Assembly: GCA_964400545.1 (NCBI GenBank)
Contig: CAYNUG010000004.1
Location: 1-50,631 of the forward strand
DNA length: 50,631 nt
DNA from: an uncultured Clostridia bacterium
Lineage (GTDB): Bacteria > Acidobacteriota > Aminicenantia > UBA2199
Direction of reading: 5' to 3'
The notes under the pieces were generated by a model. That model worked only from the letters and a program-made list of their open reading frames with translations, did not search any database and had not been told where the DNA came from. A program made the translations under genes and the position numbers. How positions within the stretch are numbered: position 1 is the stretch's first letter; every line of letters begins with the position of its first letter. Positions 30,375-40,676 of this stretch are shown here, piece by piece.

Positions 30375-31733
30375 TTATACTATACCGTAGGCAAGCATTG
30401 TCTTTGCAACTTTCGTGAATCCTGAAATATTTGCCCCAAGAGGATAGTTCCCCGGTTGTCCATATGCAACTGAAGTTTCGTAAGCTGCTTTATGGATACT
30501 CTTCATAATGTTATGAAGCTTGCTATCTACTTCTTCTCTTGTCCAACCATATCTAAGGCTGTTCTGACTCATTTCGAGTCCGGAAACTGCAACTCCACCT
30601 GCATTTGCAGCCTTTCCCAGTCCATATGCGATATCGTTTGTCAGGAAAACATTAATTCCATCCGGAGTTGTAGGCATATTTGCTCCTTCAGAAACTGTTT
30701 TAACACCATTGCTGACCAGGTGTTGAGCATCTTTCTCATTGATCTCATTCTGAGTTGCACTCGGGAATGCTACATCAGCCTTGTGGTTCCAAAGAGGGTT
30801 ATAACCGAGATTAGGGTCAACCGGAGTATAAACCGCACTTGAATACTTATCAGCAAACTCTTTTACTCTGCCTCTTCTTACATTTTTGAGATCCATAATG
30901 AACGCCAGTTTTTCGCGATCAATTCCTGCCTCATCAAAAATATAACCTGAAGAATCAGATATTGTAACTGCTTTTGCACCGAGATCAAGAAGTTTTTCTA
31001 TTGTATACTGAGCAACATTCCCTGATCCTGAGACAAGCGCTGTCTTCCCGTCAAGAGTTTCCTTCTTTACATTTAACATTTCAGCTGCAAAATAAACTGA
31101 ACCGTAACCTGTAGCTTCCGGTCTGATAAGACTGCCACCATATTCAAGAGCTTTTCCTGTCAGAACACCGGTATGTTCATTTCTTAATTTTTTGTAATAT
31201 CCGAAGAGGAATCCGATCTCTCTTCCACCAACTCCGATATCCCCTGCAGGAACATCTGTGTCAGGACCGATATGCCTGAACAACTCTCTCATGAAAGCCT
31301 GGCAGAATCTCATTACTTCGTTGTCAGATTTTCCTTTAGGATCAAAATCCGATCCGCCTTTTGCTCCGCCCATCGGAAGTGTTGTTAAAGAGTTCTTAAA
31401 TGTCTGTTCAAACCCGAGAAACTTGATTATACCCAGATTGACCGAAGGGTGAAATCTCAGTCCGCCTTTGTATGGGCCGATTGCATTGTTGAACTGAACT
31501 CTGAATCCTTTGTTGACCTGTACATTGCCTTTGTCATCCATCCATGGAACTCTGAACAAAATTGCTCTGTCCGGTTCTACGAGTCTGTCATAGATACCTG
31601 CTTTAACAAATTCAGGATGTTTTTCAACAGTAGGTTCAAGAGATTCCATGACCTCTTCTACCGCCTGATGAAATTCAACTTCCGCAGGATTTTTTACTTT
31701 TACTTTCTCGAAAATTTCTTTGGTAAGTGACAT
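30375..31733 (-). CDS. gdhA: NADP-specific glutamate dehydrogenase
   Basis: GPYKGGLRFHPSV, GGAKGGSDFDP, DVPAGDIGVGGREIG, RPEATGYG, GSGNVAQY, KAANAGGV. Confidence 0.97.
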   Translation of the reverse strand: MSLTKEIFEKVKVKNPAEVEFHQAVEEVMESLEPTVEKHPEFVKAGIYDRLVEPDRAILFRVPWMDDKGNVQVNKGFRVQFNNAIGPYKGGLRFHPSVNLGIIKFLGFEQTFKNSLTTLPMGGAKGGSDFDPKGKSDNEVMRFCQAFMRELFRHIGPDTDVPAGDIGVGGREIGFLFGYYKKLRNEHTGVLTGKALEYGGSLIRPEATGYGSVYFAAEMLNVKKETLDGKTALVSGSGNVAQYTIEKLLDLGAKAVTISDSSGYIFDEAGIDREKLAFIMDLKNVRRGRVKEFADKYSSAVYTPVDPNLGYNPLWNHKADVAFPSATQNEINEKDAQHLVSNGVKTVSEGANMPTTPDGINVFLTNDIAYGLGKAANAGGVAVSGLEMSQNSLRYGWTREEVDSKLHNIMKSIHKAAYETSVAYGQPGNYPLGANISGFTKVAKTMLAYGIV

Positions 31734-31855
31734 TAAATATCTCCTTTAATACAAAAATTTTTTTTGAATACAACTTTTAACAAAATTATGTTAATATGTC
31801 AACTATTTGTTTGTGTTAAAATAAATTAAATCCAATTTGTTTTCGGAGGGATAAA

Positions 31856-33037
31856 ATGGTCAATTTATCAGAGCGGATCGATCGGATTTCAGCATCTCCA
31901 ACTTTAGAGTTATTGAAGATCAAAAATTCCCTGACAAAACAGGGAAAAAACATCCTCGATTTCGGGGCGGGAGAACCGGATTTCCCCACTCCGGAGATTA
32001 TCAAAAAGAGAGGGATTGAAGCTATAGAGAACAATTTCACAAAATATACACCTGTAACCGGAATTCCCGATCTCAAAGATGCAATTAGCAAATCTTACAT
32101 GGAAGAACAGGGATTCCTCCCAGGGAATGAACAGATAATAGTAACACCCGGCAGTAAGTTCGGACTTTATCTCATTCTTCAGGCAATAACTGATCCCGGT
32201 GATGAAGTAATAGTGCCCAGACCGTATTGGGTTTCGTACCCGGAGATCGTAAAATATTCTGACGGAAAAGTTGTTTATGCAGATCACTTAAAAGAGGGCT
32301 CCTTATTTGAATTAACGGCTGAATCATATATTGAAAAATTCTCTCCGAAGACCAAAGCATTAATAATAAACTCTCCCTCCAACCCTACCGGAATGATGAT
32401 GAAAAAAGCCGAACTTGAGAAGATTATTTCAGCGTGTCTTGAAAAAAACATCTTCCTCCTTTTCGATGACTGTTATAGAAGGATCATTTACACAGATGAA
32501 GAATTTATATCACCATTAAAACTTTTCCCTTCTGCAATTGATAATATAGCCATTGTAAGTTCACTTTCAAAAACTTTTTCAATGACAGGCTGGAGACTGG
32601 GATATACCATTGCATCGGAATATATCTGTAAAGCCATGTCCAAACTTCAGGGTCATTCTTCTTCAAATCCCTGCTCAATCTCTCAAAAAGCTGCGGTCGG
32701 TGCACTTCTGGATGATCAATCCTACCTGAAACCAATGATAGATGAATATCGGGAACGTAAAGATGTGATCAAAGAAAAATTCAGGGAAATCGGAAACATA
32801 AAATTTGTAGAACCCGAAGGGGCATTTTATTTCTTCGCTGATTTTTCATACTATATTAACAAGATGGGATTTAAAGATGATAATGACTTTTCTATGGATA
32901 TCCTCAATAAACTGCAAATAATAGTTGTCCCCGGATCTGCATTCGGCGCTCCCAATTATCTCAGGATCTCGTATGCCACTTCACTTGATAAGATTAGGGA
33001 GGGACTGATCAAGATCGAAAAATATTTAAAAGGGTAA
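31856..33037 (+). CDS. PLP-dependent aminotransferase class I/II (aspartate aminotransferase-like)
   Basis: FGAGEPDF, PYWVSY, NSPSNPTG, DDCY, SLSKTFSMTGWRLGY, PEGAFY. Confidence 0.95.
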   Translation: MVNLSERIDRISASPTLELLKIKNSLTKQGKNILDFGAGEPDFPTPEIIKKRGIEAIENNFTKYTPVTGIPDLKDAISKSYMEEQGFLPGNEQIIVTPGSKFGLYLILQAITDPGDEVIVPRPYWVSYPEIVKYSDGKVVYADHLKEGSLFELTAESYIEKFSPKTKALIINSPSNPTGMMMKKAELEKIISACLEKNIFLLFDDCYRRIIYTDEEFISPLKLFPSAIDNIAIVSSLSKTFSMTGWRLGYTIASEYICKAMSKLQGHSSSNPCSISQKAAVGALLDDQSYLKPMIDEYRERKDVIKEKFREIGNIKFVEPEGAFYFFADFSYYINKMGFKDDNDFSMDILNKLQIIVVPGSAFGAPNYLRISYATSLDKIREGLIKIEKYLKG

Positions 33038-33038
33038 G

Positions 33039-34706
33039 ATGGATCTTGATTTTAAAGACAGAACCTTTTCTTTTCTGAAACTGAAAAAGAAAAAAATGAG
33101 GAGGCGGGTTCTTTTCTTTTCATTTATTTTCATAATATTTGCTTCCTTTCTATCCTACAAAGATCATTCTTCACTTAAAAAAATAAAAAAAGCAGAGGAT
33201 CTGCTTGTATCCGGAAAAATAATCAAATGTCTCGATCTCCTTGAAGATCAGGGGACGCCTTTCTTTAGAAGGTCATCATTCCGGGAGCTGAAAGGTGTCG
33301 TGAACCTGATCCTGAATAACACAAACAAGGGGAAAGAAATACTCTCCGGGACAACTCCCGGGAGATCATCTGTCGGTTCCGAAAAAATTTTGGCATTTAT
33401 GTCTGATAATTGTTACTACAGACCTCTTGAGATATATTCTGCCCTCCTCCCTGAGAACTCTGACTATGTTAAATTCTACAAAATTGTTTCAGCCACATCA
33501 CTTTACAGTCAGGAAGAATCAGAAAAAAGGATAAGAAACTTCGATCCGAAAGAACATGATAAATATTTCAAATATCTTGAGATACTTAAAAACATTAATA
33601 AAAAAGTAAGAGAAGGAAGAATTGAGTTTGCATTCGACCGGAACGGAGAGGCCCTGGCCTCCTTTGATATCAAAACCGGAAAATGCATCTCCATGGTGCC
33701 CGGGATAGATTTTAGTGATTTTGATAAAGATCTAAGAATGGGATTAAAATATATCAGACTCTCGATCAACAAAAATATCCAGTTAAAGCTTCATAAACTT
33801 TTCAAAAACTATTTCGGGTCTTTTGTTCTGAACGATCTTGAAGATGGAAGCATTGTTGCATCCTACTCGAAACCGTTCAAAAAAAGAACAGGAAATGCTG
33901 CACTTACCGATGAATATGAACCCGGTTCAATTATTAAACTGATCACACTTTTTTCTTACTTCAATTCAACAGGGGTCAGGATCTTCCCATTCAATTGTAT
34001 CGGATACACTTCATACGACGGAAAGATCTTTTATGACTGGATAAGACACGGAATACTCCAGTCTCCGGAGATGGCTCTTTCCCGCTCATGCAATATTGCT
34101 TTTGCCGAGATGGGGATAAAGACCGGGAAGGAAAAAATTTTCAGTACACTCGAAGGCTTTATGTTCAATTCAAAGCCGGTCAGGGATGGTATCTTTCAAT
34201 TTAAATTCGGAAAATTTATTTCGGAGTTCAATGGAGAAAGAGACCTGGCAAATATTTCAATAGGACTTGATCATATTTCGATAACCACGATCCACTCTGC
34301 TATTATATCTTCCATAATTGCTCAGAACGGAAATATTATATTCCCTTACATCATTATGAGCAATCAGAACGTTTTCGGACTTGGATACTATAATCATACA
34401 ACTGCATATAAAACAGTCTTTTTAAATAACCGATATTTCGAAGATGTTAAATTGGGGATGAGAAAAGTTACCACTGATACTGATGGAACAGGGAGACGAG
34501 CAAAGGTGGATTTCATGGACATAGGGATCAAAACCGGAACTGCCGGTGAAAAAAGTAAGGGACTCGACTCCATTTTAACCGGGTTCTTCCCATTTGAAAA
34601 ACCTAAGTATTCATTCGCTTTTCGTCTCGAACACGGGGGCAAAGCGGAATACAACGGTGCTCTGTTTTTGAAGAGGTTCTTAAAAGAATTCTACAACAGG
34701 AAATAA
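33039..34706 (+). CDS. Penicillin-binding transpeptidase domain protein with atypical helical N-terminal region
   Basis: EPGSIIK (SxxK), SCN (SxN), IKTGTA (KTG); N-terminal TM. Confidence 0.82.
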   Translation: MDLDFKDRTFSFLKLKKKKMRRRVLFFSFIFIIFASFLSYKDHSSLKKIKKAEDLLVSGKIIKCLDLLEDQGTPFFRRSSFRELKGVVNLILNNTNKGKEILSGTTPGRSSVGSEKILAFMSDNCYYRPLEIYSALLPENSDYVKFYKIVSATSLYSQEESEKRIRNFDPKEHDKYFKYLEILKNINKKVREGRIEFAFDRNGEALASFDIKTGKCISMVPGIDFSDFDKDLRMGLKYIRLSINKNIQLKLHKLFKNYFGSFVLNDLEDGSIVASYSKPFKKRTGNAALTDEYEPGSIIKLITLFSYFNSTGVRIFPFNCIGYTSYDGKIFYDWIRHGILQSPEMALSRSCNIAFAEMGIKTGKEKIFSTLEGFMFNSKPVRDGIFQFKFGKFISEFNGERDLANISIGLDHISITTIHSAIISSIIAQNGNIIFPYIIMSNQNVFGLGYYNHTTAYKTVFLNNRYFEDVKLGMRKVTTDTDGTGRRAKVDFMDIGIKTGTAGEKSKGLDSILTGFFPFEKPKYSFAFRLEHGGKAEYNGALFLKRFLKEFYNRK

Positions 34707-34711
34707 AAACA

Positions 34712-36229
34712 ATGAAGATCAGAATAAACATAACATTAACTATACTATTATTATTACAGGCATCCTTGTTCTTCCCGAGAACAGTAGTATTCCCTTTCAA
34801 AGTGAATTCTGCAGAGAACAGATCACACCAATGGCTCGGAAGAGGGATATCTCTCTATCTGAGTTATGGCCTTAAGCTGAATGGCATAGACACTTTTTCT
34901 GATAATGAAGGAAGATGTTTACTGAAAAGCCTTCACATCAAATTTCCGTATAATGTTTCCAAAGCGTCAATTATCAGAGCGACAAAACTTATGCGGGCTG
35001 ACCGACTGATATGGGGAGAGATAATAACCTCTCCCGATCAGGAAAAAGAGATATTGAACATCAGGGCCTTTATTTTAGACGTCCGCAATTTAGATCACAA
35101 ATACCTCCCCGTGATCAAAGGAAAGATAACAGACCTGTTCTCAGTTCAGGAAGACCTTTTAAGGAACCTTATCGCATATTCATCTGAGACAAGAACAGAT
35201 CCCGGTTTCCCTGAATTGAAACTTGACCTCAGAAACTATGAAAGATTAATAAAGGGACTCATGATCGATGACAATAAAAAAAGAGTGAAATTCCTTGAAA
35301 AGATCAGCACTGAATTGAGTAGTGATCCTGAAATACTATCATTTGAACTTGCCAGAGCTTATTTTTTAAATAGCGATCTTACTTCTGCCAAAAAAGCACT
35401 CGACCGGATCGATCCAAATGGACTTTTCAGGGGAGGGAAATTCTTCCTTTCCGGAGTTATAAATTATCTTTCCAGTGATATTGATACAGCTTTCTCAGAT
35501 TTTTCAAAAGTTCTTGAATGTGGCGAATGTAAATATGAAGCAATGAATAATATTGCACTTGTTCATGCATTGAACAATGAATATTCTGAAGCAATGGATT
35601 CAATAAAAAGGTCGGTTAGATCGGGGCAAAGATCCGAGTCGTTCTTTAATGCCGTAAACATATCCAGTCTTATAAAGGACAGGGAAACAGCCTGGAACTT
35701 CCTTATGGAAGGGTTGATCCTATATCCTTCAGATGGAGACCTGATAATACTGTTCTTTGATTTTCTTGAACAATCCCCCCATAAAAATTTGATAAAACCG
35801 GCATTTCTTAAATTCCTTCCCGGATTTGCTGCAGATCAGAATGAGAGAAAGATATTTTTCAAACTTATTAATCCGTTTGTGTTTTCCGGAGAAAAATATG
35901 ACATGGAATTTCCAAATGGCAATAATGATTCTGCTCTTATTAAAAGCAAATATAACAAAGATGAGATCGAAAAAGAACTGATCACAAATCCTTTCCTCCC
36001 TGAAAATCACTCGAGACTTGCATTTATTTTCTTTAAAGAAGGGAAATTGGAATCTGCCCTTAATCATGGCCATGCAGCATTGTACCTTCTGAGAAATCCC
36101 CAAAATTTCATCTTCATTCTAAAAGTACTGAAAAAGCAGAGAAACAGAGATGAGCTCAAGAACATGCTGATCGAAGCACTTAAATATTTCCCTGACAATG
36201 AAGAATTAAAGAACTTCCCCCTTAATTAA
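34712..36229 (+). CDS. Exported TPR protein with TolB-N/CsgG-like N-terminal domain
   Basis: Signal peptide, VVFPF..QWLGRGISLYL..ADRLIWGEI, then TPR-like repeats. Confidence 0.72.
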   Translation: MKIRINITLTILLLLQASLFFPRTVVFPFKVNSAENRSHQWLGRGISLYLSYGLKLNGIDTFSDNEGRCLLKSLHIKFPYNVSKASIIRATKLMRADRLIWGEIITSPDQEKEILNIRAFILDVRNLDHKYLPVIKGKITDLFSVQEDLLRNLIAYSSETRTDPGFPELKLDLRNYERLIKGLMIDDNKKRVKFLEKISTELSSDPEILSFELARAYFLNSDLTSAKKALDRIDPNGLFRGGKFFLSGVINYLSSDIDTAFSDFSKVLECGECKYEAMNNIALVHALNNEYSEAMDSIKRSVRSGQRSESFFNAVNISSLIKDRETAWNFLMEGLILYPSDGDLIILFFDFLEQSPHKNLIKPAFLKFLPGFAADQNERKIFFKLINPFVFSGEKYDMEFPNGNNDSALIKSKYNKDEIEKELITNPFLPENHSRLAFIFFKEGKLESALNHGHAALYLLRNPQNFIFILKVLKKQRNRDELKNMLIEALKYFPDNEELKNFPLN

Positions 36230-36247
36230 AGATCTTACATGATCATC

Positions 36248-39200
36248 CTAAATCCCGGTGATATTTGAAACAGCCAGTTTTTTCCCATTCTGGTCATAAG
36301 CACTGAACTTGTAACTATAGTTTTTATCTTTTTCCAGATATTTATCCAGATACTTGAATGAGTCGTTGGTAAGGTCCGAACTTCCGAATTGAGTGAGAAA
36401 AACAAAGTTCCCTCCATCTGTACTTCTCTCAACAACAAAGTTCGATATGGCAGTATGTAATTTATTATCAACTGTAAATGTAAGTTCACCATAATTCCGG
36501 GAGAGGATCCAGGCTCTCTCATTTTTCCTTTCTGCAGTGATATTCAGATTAATAATTACACTCTTCTGAAAAGTTACTACAATACTATGGTCGTCCCGGA
36601 CATTTGGAATAATATAGGGATTCGAGACCGGTTGAATAACTCCATTATCGGTTATTGTCGCTATTTCATAACCGGCATTCGGAGATATATTTATTGATGC
36701 CGCCTCGTTGTATGAAACATTCTGAGTCGAAGGAGAAACACTACCGTTTCCTCCGCTTACTGACGCATTTACCGTGTAAGATTCAAGAGAAAATGTCACC
36801 TCTACTATATGATCTGCTATCACATTATTGATTTCGTACGGATCTGCTAAAGCCTGGGACACTCCGTTATCAGTGATAGTTGCTATTATATAACCGGCAT
36901 TCGGAGATATATTTATTGATGCCGACCCGTTGTATGAAACATTCTGAGTCGAAGGAGAAACACTACCGTTTCCTCCACTTACTGATGCGATCACGGTATA
37001 ATTCGTTGAAATGGTAACAGAATCCGAGTCATTCCCGCCTGCAGGATCGTCCTCGGTGAAAGTATTGACCGTGGCGGTATTAGTAAATGACCCCCCTGTT
37101 GTAACGGTGGCAACTATCTCAAGGGTCTCTGTTGTCCCGTTTGATATATTCCCCACACTCCACAACCCAGAAACATTATTATAACTCCCGACAGTAACAT
37201 TTGCCGATTGAAACAAAAGTCCTGTAGGGAGAATATCGGTCACATCTACACTTGAAGCATCTGCAGGACCGTTGTTTGTAAGATTTATGGAAAAAGTCAC
37301 ATCGCTTCCCTCATTGGGATAACTATTGTCCACGGTCTTTAAAACCGATAGATCAGCATTGAACGAGAACTTTGTGACAAGACCATCATAACCTCCGGAA
37401 TGATTTCCCTGATAAGGATTAAATGTAGGAAAGTTAGAAGAAAGTGTATGGCCTGTAATATAAACATCTCCAATGTGATCAACATCAATACTGTGCACAT
37501 ATTCGGTATTATTTCCACCAAGATATGTGGAATAGACCAGTACATTTCCTGAAGAGGAAAGTTTGGTTACAAAAGCATCCCCCCCACCGACGTTGCCAGC
37601 CTGATAAGGATATAATGTGGGATAGTTAGCAGAATTCGTGTAACCGGTAATGTAGGCATTGCCTCCGGAATCAATTTTAATATCATACCCATAATCGCTA
37701 TTGGTTCCTCCAATATATGTTGAATAAACAAGGGTGCTTCCCAAAGGGGAAAGTTTGGTTACAAAAACATCAGCGGACCCGGCATTATTCGCTTGATAGG
37801 GATTTAATGTGGGAAAGTTAGTTGAATCCGTGTAACCGGAAACATAAGCATTTCCACTGGCATCAATGTTAATTCCCTGGACACGATCACTTCCATTTCC
37901 TCCGAGATATGTGGAATAGATCAAGGTACTTCCCGAAGGAGAAAATTTCGTTATATAAGTATCCCAACTTCCGGAATTACTAGACTGATAAGGATTTAAT
38001 GTGGGATAGTCAGCAGAATTCGTGTAACCGGTAATGTAGGCATTGCCTCCGGAATCGACCTCAATTTCATACTCATATTCATTACCACTTCCTCCAATAT
38101 ATGTTGAATAAATAAGGGTACTTCCTGAAGAGGAAAGTTTAGTTACAAAACCATCATTAACTCCGGCATTATTCGCTTGATAGGGATTTAATGTGGGAAA
38201 ATTAGTTGAATATGTGAAACCGGTAATGTAAACGATCCCAGTGGCATCAAGGTTAAGATCATATCCGAAGTCGTCAGCATTTCCTCCAAGATATGTGGAA
38301 TAGACCAGGGCATTTCCCGAAGAGGAAAGTTTGGTTACAAGAACATCATAACTTCCGGCATGACTACTCTGATAAGGATTTAATGTGGGATAGTCAGAAG
38401 AATTAGTAAAACCAACAATGTTGGCTATACCGCTGGCATCTACTTCGATAGCCTCTGCATAGTCTCCTCCACTTCCTCCAATATATGTTGAATAGACAAG
38501 GGCATTTCCCGAAGGGGAAAGTTTGGTTACAAAAACATCATATCCTCCGGCATTATTACCCTGATAATAATTTAATGTGGGAAAGTTAGTTGAAGATGTG
38601 GCTCCGGCAATGAAAGCGCTTCCACTTGAATCAACAGTAATACCAAAACCCCTTTCTTCAGAGCTCCCACCCAAGTAAGTTGAATATACAAGCACCATCG
38701 GGTCGATTACCAATGGTCTTTTTTTATCGTATTTTCCTATTGCAAATCCGTAAGTATTTTTATCTGTTTTTTTAAAGGTAGCTTTGATCTCTGCAAATTC
38801 ACTCTTTACCTGAGGGCTGAAAGACACACCCCCAACATTAATATTTTGATAGGCAAACGGTTTCTTATGAACCAGGGTCCCGAATCTTGTCCTGATATCG
38901 AGATCACCCTTTTTATTTACAGAAACTTTCTTTACATTTTTATATTCAAATTTTATATCTGAAGGATCACCATCAGGTTTGATTATCCAGTCGTACTCGA
39001 TCTCTTTTTCGATCCCATAGATCTTAAGGTCAATATTCGGATAAATATCTTTATACAATACGGCTTTGGACGTAACTATATCTTTTTTCCATTTGGATGG
39101 ATCCTTTCCTATAAAATAATTTACTCTGTGTAGTGTTTCTTCCACAGCCACAATTTCAGGGTTCCTGTTCGCTCCGACAAACAACAATCTCGAAACATCC

Positions 39201-39625
39201 CTGAAAGATGCCTTTGAATTAAGATCTGTAATAATATTCTCAGCCTCTTTTGGCTGAAGCTGATGGTTGAAACCAGATGGTTTAAGGTTTTCTCCTGTCC
39301 CCTGATTACTTATGCTGTCAAATATTAATCCCTCTTTTGTAATCCACAGAGTGTACCGGGATGCCTTTGCATAGAAAGCAGATCTCTTATCCACCTGCCC
39401 CTCATTGGGAATAAAATAGATTGGGATTTTCCCGTAGTTGACATCAACTTTTGGTGTTTTCCCGGGCTTTGATCTCTCCCCTTGCAACTTAACTGCAGAC
39501 GAGAACAGCCCCTCTCCTCCGGATTGAATACCTTTCTCGGCAGATTCCGCTCCAGTAAAGGTACCTGTCCCTAAATAGACCAACACAAAAATAACGAGTG
39601 TAAAAATCCGCAAACATTTCTTCAT
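36248..39625 (-). CDS. Secreted SBBP beta-propeller repeat surface protein with DUF11 and InlB-B-like repeat domains
   Basis: GGAGG RBS before ATG 39625, signal peptide, N-terminal YFIGKDPSKW/YPNIDL domain, 7x64-aa YSTY(L/I)GG repeats, ADLSVLKTVD..TNNGP (DUF11), 2x74-aa YTV.ASVSGGNGSVSP repeats. Confidence 0.88.
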   Translation of the reverse strand: MKKCLRIFTLVIFVLVYLGTGTFTGAESAEKGIQSGGEGLFSSAVKLQGERSKPGKTPKVDVNYGKIPIYFIPNEGQVDKRSAFYAKASRYTLWITKEGLIFDSISNQGTGENLKPSGFNHQLQPKEAENIITDLNSKASFRDVSRLLFVGANRNPEIVAVEETLHRVNYFIGKDPSKWKKDIVTSKAVLYKDIYPNIDLKIYGIEKEIEYDWIIKPDGDPSDIKFEYKNVKKVSVNKKGDLDIRTRFGTLVHKKPFAYQNINVGGVSFSPQVKSEFAEIKATFKKTDKNTYGFAIGKYDKKRPLVIDPMVLVYSTYLGGSSEERGFGITVDSSGSAFIAGATSSTNFPTLNYYQGNNAGGYDVFVTKLSPSGNALVYSTYIGGSGGDYAEAIEVDASGIANIVGFTNSSDYPTLNPYQSSHAGSYDVLVTKLSSSGNALVYSTYLGGNADDFGYDLNLDATGIVYITGFTYSTNFPTLNPYQANNAGVNDGFVTKLSSSGSTLIYSTYIGGSGNEYEYEIEVDSGGNAYITGYTNSADYPTLNPYQSSNSGSWDTYITKFSPSGSTLIYSTYLGGNGSDRVQGINIDASGNAYVSGYTDSTNFPTLNPYQANNAGSADVFVTKLSPLGSTLVYSTYIGGTNSDYGYDIKIDSGGNAYITGYTNSANYPTLYPYQAGNVGGGDAFVTKLSSSGNVLVYSTYLGGNNTEYVHSIDVDHIGDVYITGHTLSSNFPTFNPYQGNHSGGYDGLVTKFSFNADLSVLKTVDNSYPNEGSDVTFSINLTNNGPADASSVDVTDILPTGLLFQSANVTVGSYNNVSGLWSVGNISNGTTETLEIVATVTTGGSFTNTATVNTFTEDDPAGGNDSDSVTISTNYTVIASVSGGNGSVSPSTQNVSYNGSASINISPNAGYIIATITDNGVSQALADPYEINNVIADHIVEVTFSLESYTVNASVSGGNGSVSPSTQNVSYNEAASINISPNAGYEIATITDNGVIQPVSNPYIIPNVRDDHSIVVTFQKSVIINLNITAERKNERAWILSRNYGELTFTVDNKLHTAISNFVVERSTDGGNFVFLTQFGSSDLTNDSFKYLDKYLEKDKNYSYKFSAYDQNGKKLAVSNITGI
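36669..36985 (-). repeat. Near-identical 95-nt direct repeat (36669-36763 and 36891-36985; 222-nt period)
   Basis: Manual alignment gives 92/95 identity; encodes the ASVSGGNGSVSPSTQNVSYN..SINISPNAGY units. Confidence 0.9.
37367..38689 (-). repeat. Seven tandem 192-nt SBBP blade repeats
   Basis: 64-aa period; DNA-level near identity, e.g. 37617-37673 vs 38001-38057 (offset 384). Confidence 0.9.
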
Positions 39626-40119
39626 TGTTCCTCCAGTATTATAATAAATACAGAACAACTCCTTCTTAGCAGTTCCGCTTATAATCACATTAAATGGGGT
39701 TGTTATGACCATATTCATGGTTTGTACAACAACCTTTTTTTTAACTATATAAAATGTTTGCAGAGATCACACAAAATTAAAATATACATTATCTGAAAAA
39801 ATATACAATGTTTTTAACAAAATAAAAAAACATTTCAGAGAATATAAAAAACTCAAAAGAGCTTCCCCCTTAACCGGAATTGAGATATTTTTACTATTTC
39901 CTGACAATATTATTGCTTTATGCCATTATGTATTTGTGATAATCTCATTTAAAGAAAAAGAGACTGGAAAAATTTGAAGTGGAAATTAAGAGAAAGTTAA
40001 TTAGGGCAGAATTAATAAGAATCAAGAAATTTATGTTTAATGATAAAAGCTCTTTACAACATCATGTTCAATAACAGGAAGAAGATAAATAGATCATATA
40101 ATAGGTAATCGGAGGAAAT

Positions 40120-40572
40120 ATGAAAAGAATGACATTTTTTATAACAGTAATAGCAATGCTGTTCTCTCTGCCTGTTCTTTCGGCAGAAGCAAAGATGGAT
40201 ATTTTAAAGAAAGAGATCAAGATCGTTCTTGATGATTCTGAGCAGGGATGGAACAGCGGGGATCTCGAGAAATATATGGAGTGTTATCACAGATCTGAAA
40301 AGATGAGATTTGCCGGGAACGGTTCATACAACTTCGGATGGGAAAATACTTTAAAAAGATATAAGAAAAGCTATCCTGACAAGAAAGCAATGGGAATACT
40401 TTCCTTTACAGATGTTGATATCACAGTTATCAGTAATGATGCAGCACTGGTATTCGGAAGATGGACCCTGACCTATCCTGATAAAAGAAGGACAGGCCTT
40501 TACACTCTCCTTCTGAGAAAATTTAAAGAAGGGTGGAAAATCGTCCATGACCACTCCTCCTCCGGGGAATAA
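40120..40572 (+). CDS. Exported NTF2-like / DUF4440 (YybH-like) protein
   Basis: Signal peptide; WNSGDLEKYMECY, GWENTLKRYKKSYP, GWKIVHDHSS. Confidence 0.88.
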   Translation: MKRMTFFITVIAMLFSLPVLSAEAKMDILKKEIKIVLDDSEQGWNSGDLEKYMECYHRSEKMRFAGNGSYNFGWENTLKRYKKSYPDKKAMGILSFTDVDITVISNDAALVFGRWTLTYPDKRRTGLYTLLLRKFKEGWKIVHDHSSSGE

Positions 40573-40596
40573 GCTGCATAACACCCTGAAGTTTTC

Positions 40597-40625
40597 TTGA
40601 CAGATTTCGGAGTAAATGCTACTAT
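40597..40625 (+). promoter_or_regulatory. Sigma70-type promoter of the YfgM-like gene
   Basis: TTGACA, 17 nt, TG-c-TACTAT. Confidence 0.7.
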
Positions 40626-40676
40626 CGGTTTTTCTTTCCGGGCTTGTTCCGGTTTATTACAAAATGTGAGGTATCA

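Noticed and set aside
39626-40119. Long AT-rich intergenic region as a riboswitch or ncRNA upstream of the surface protein
   Set aside because: I could not match c-di-GMP, SAM, TPP, fluoride or other consensus motifs; it looks like divergent promoter DNA. An Infernal/Rfam scan would settle it.
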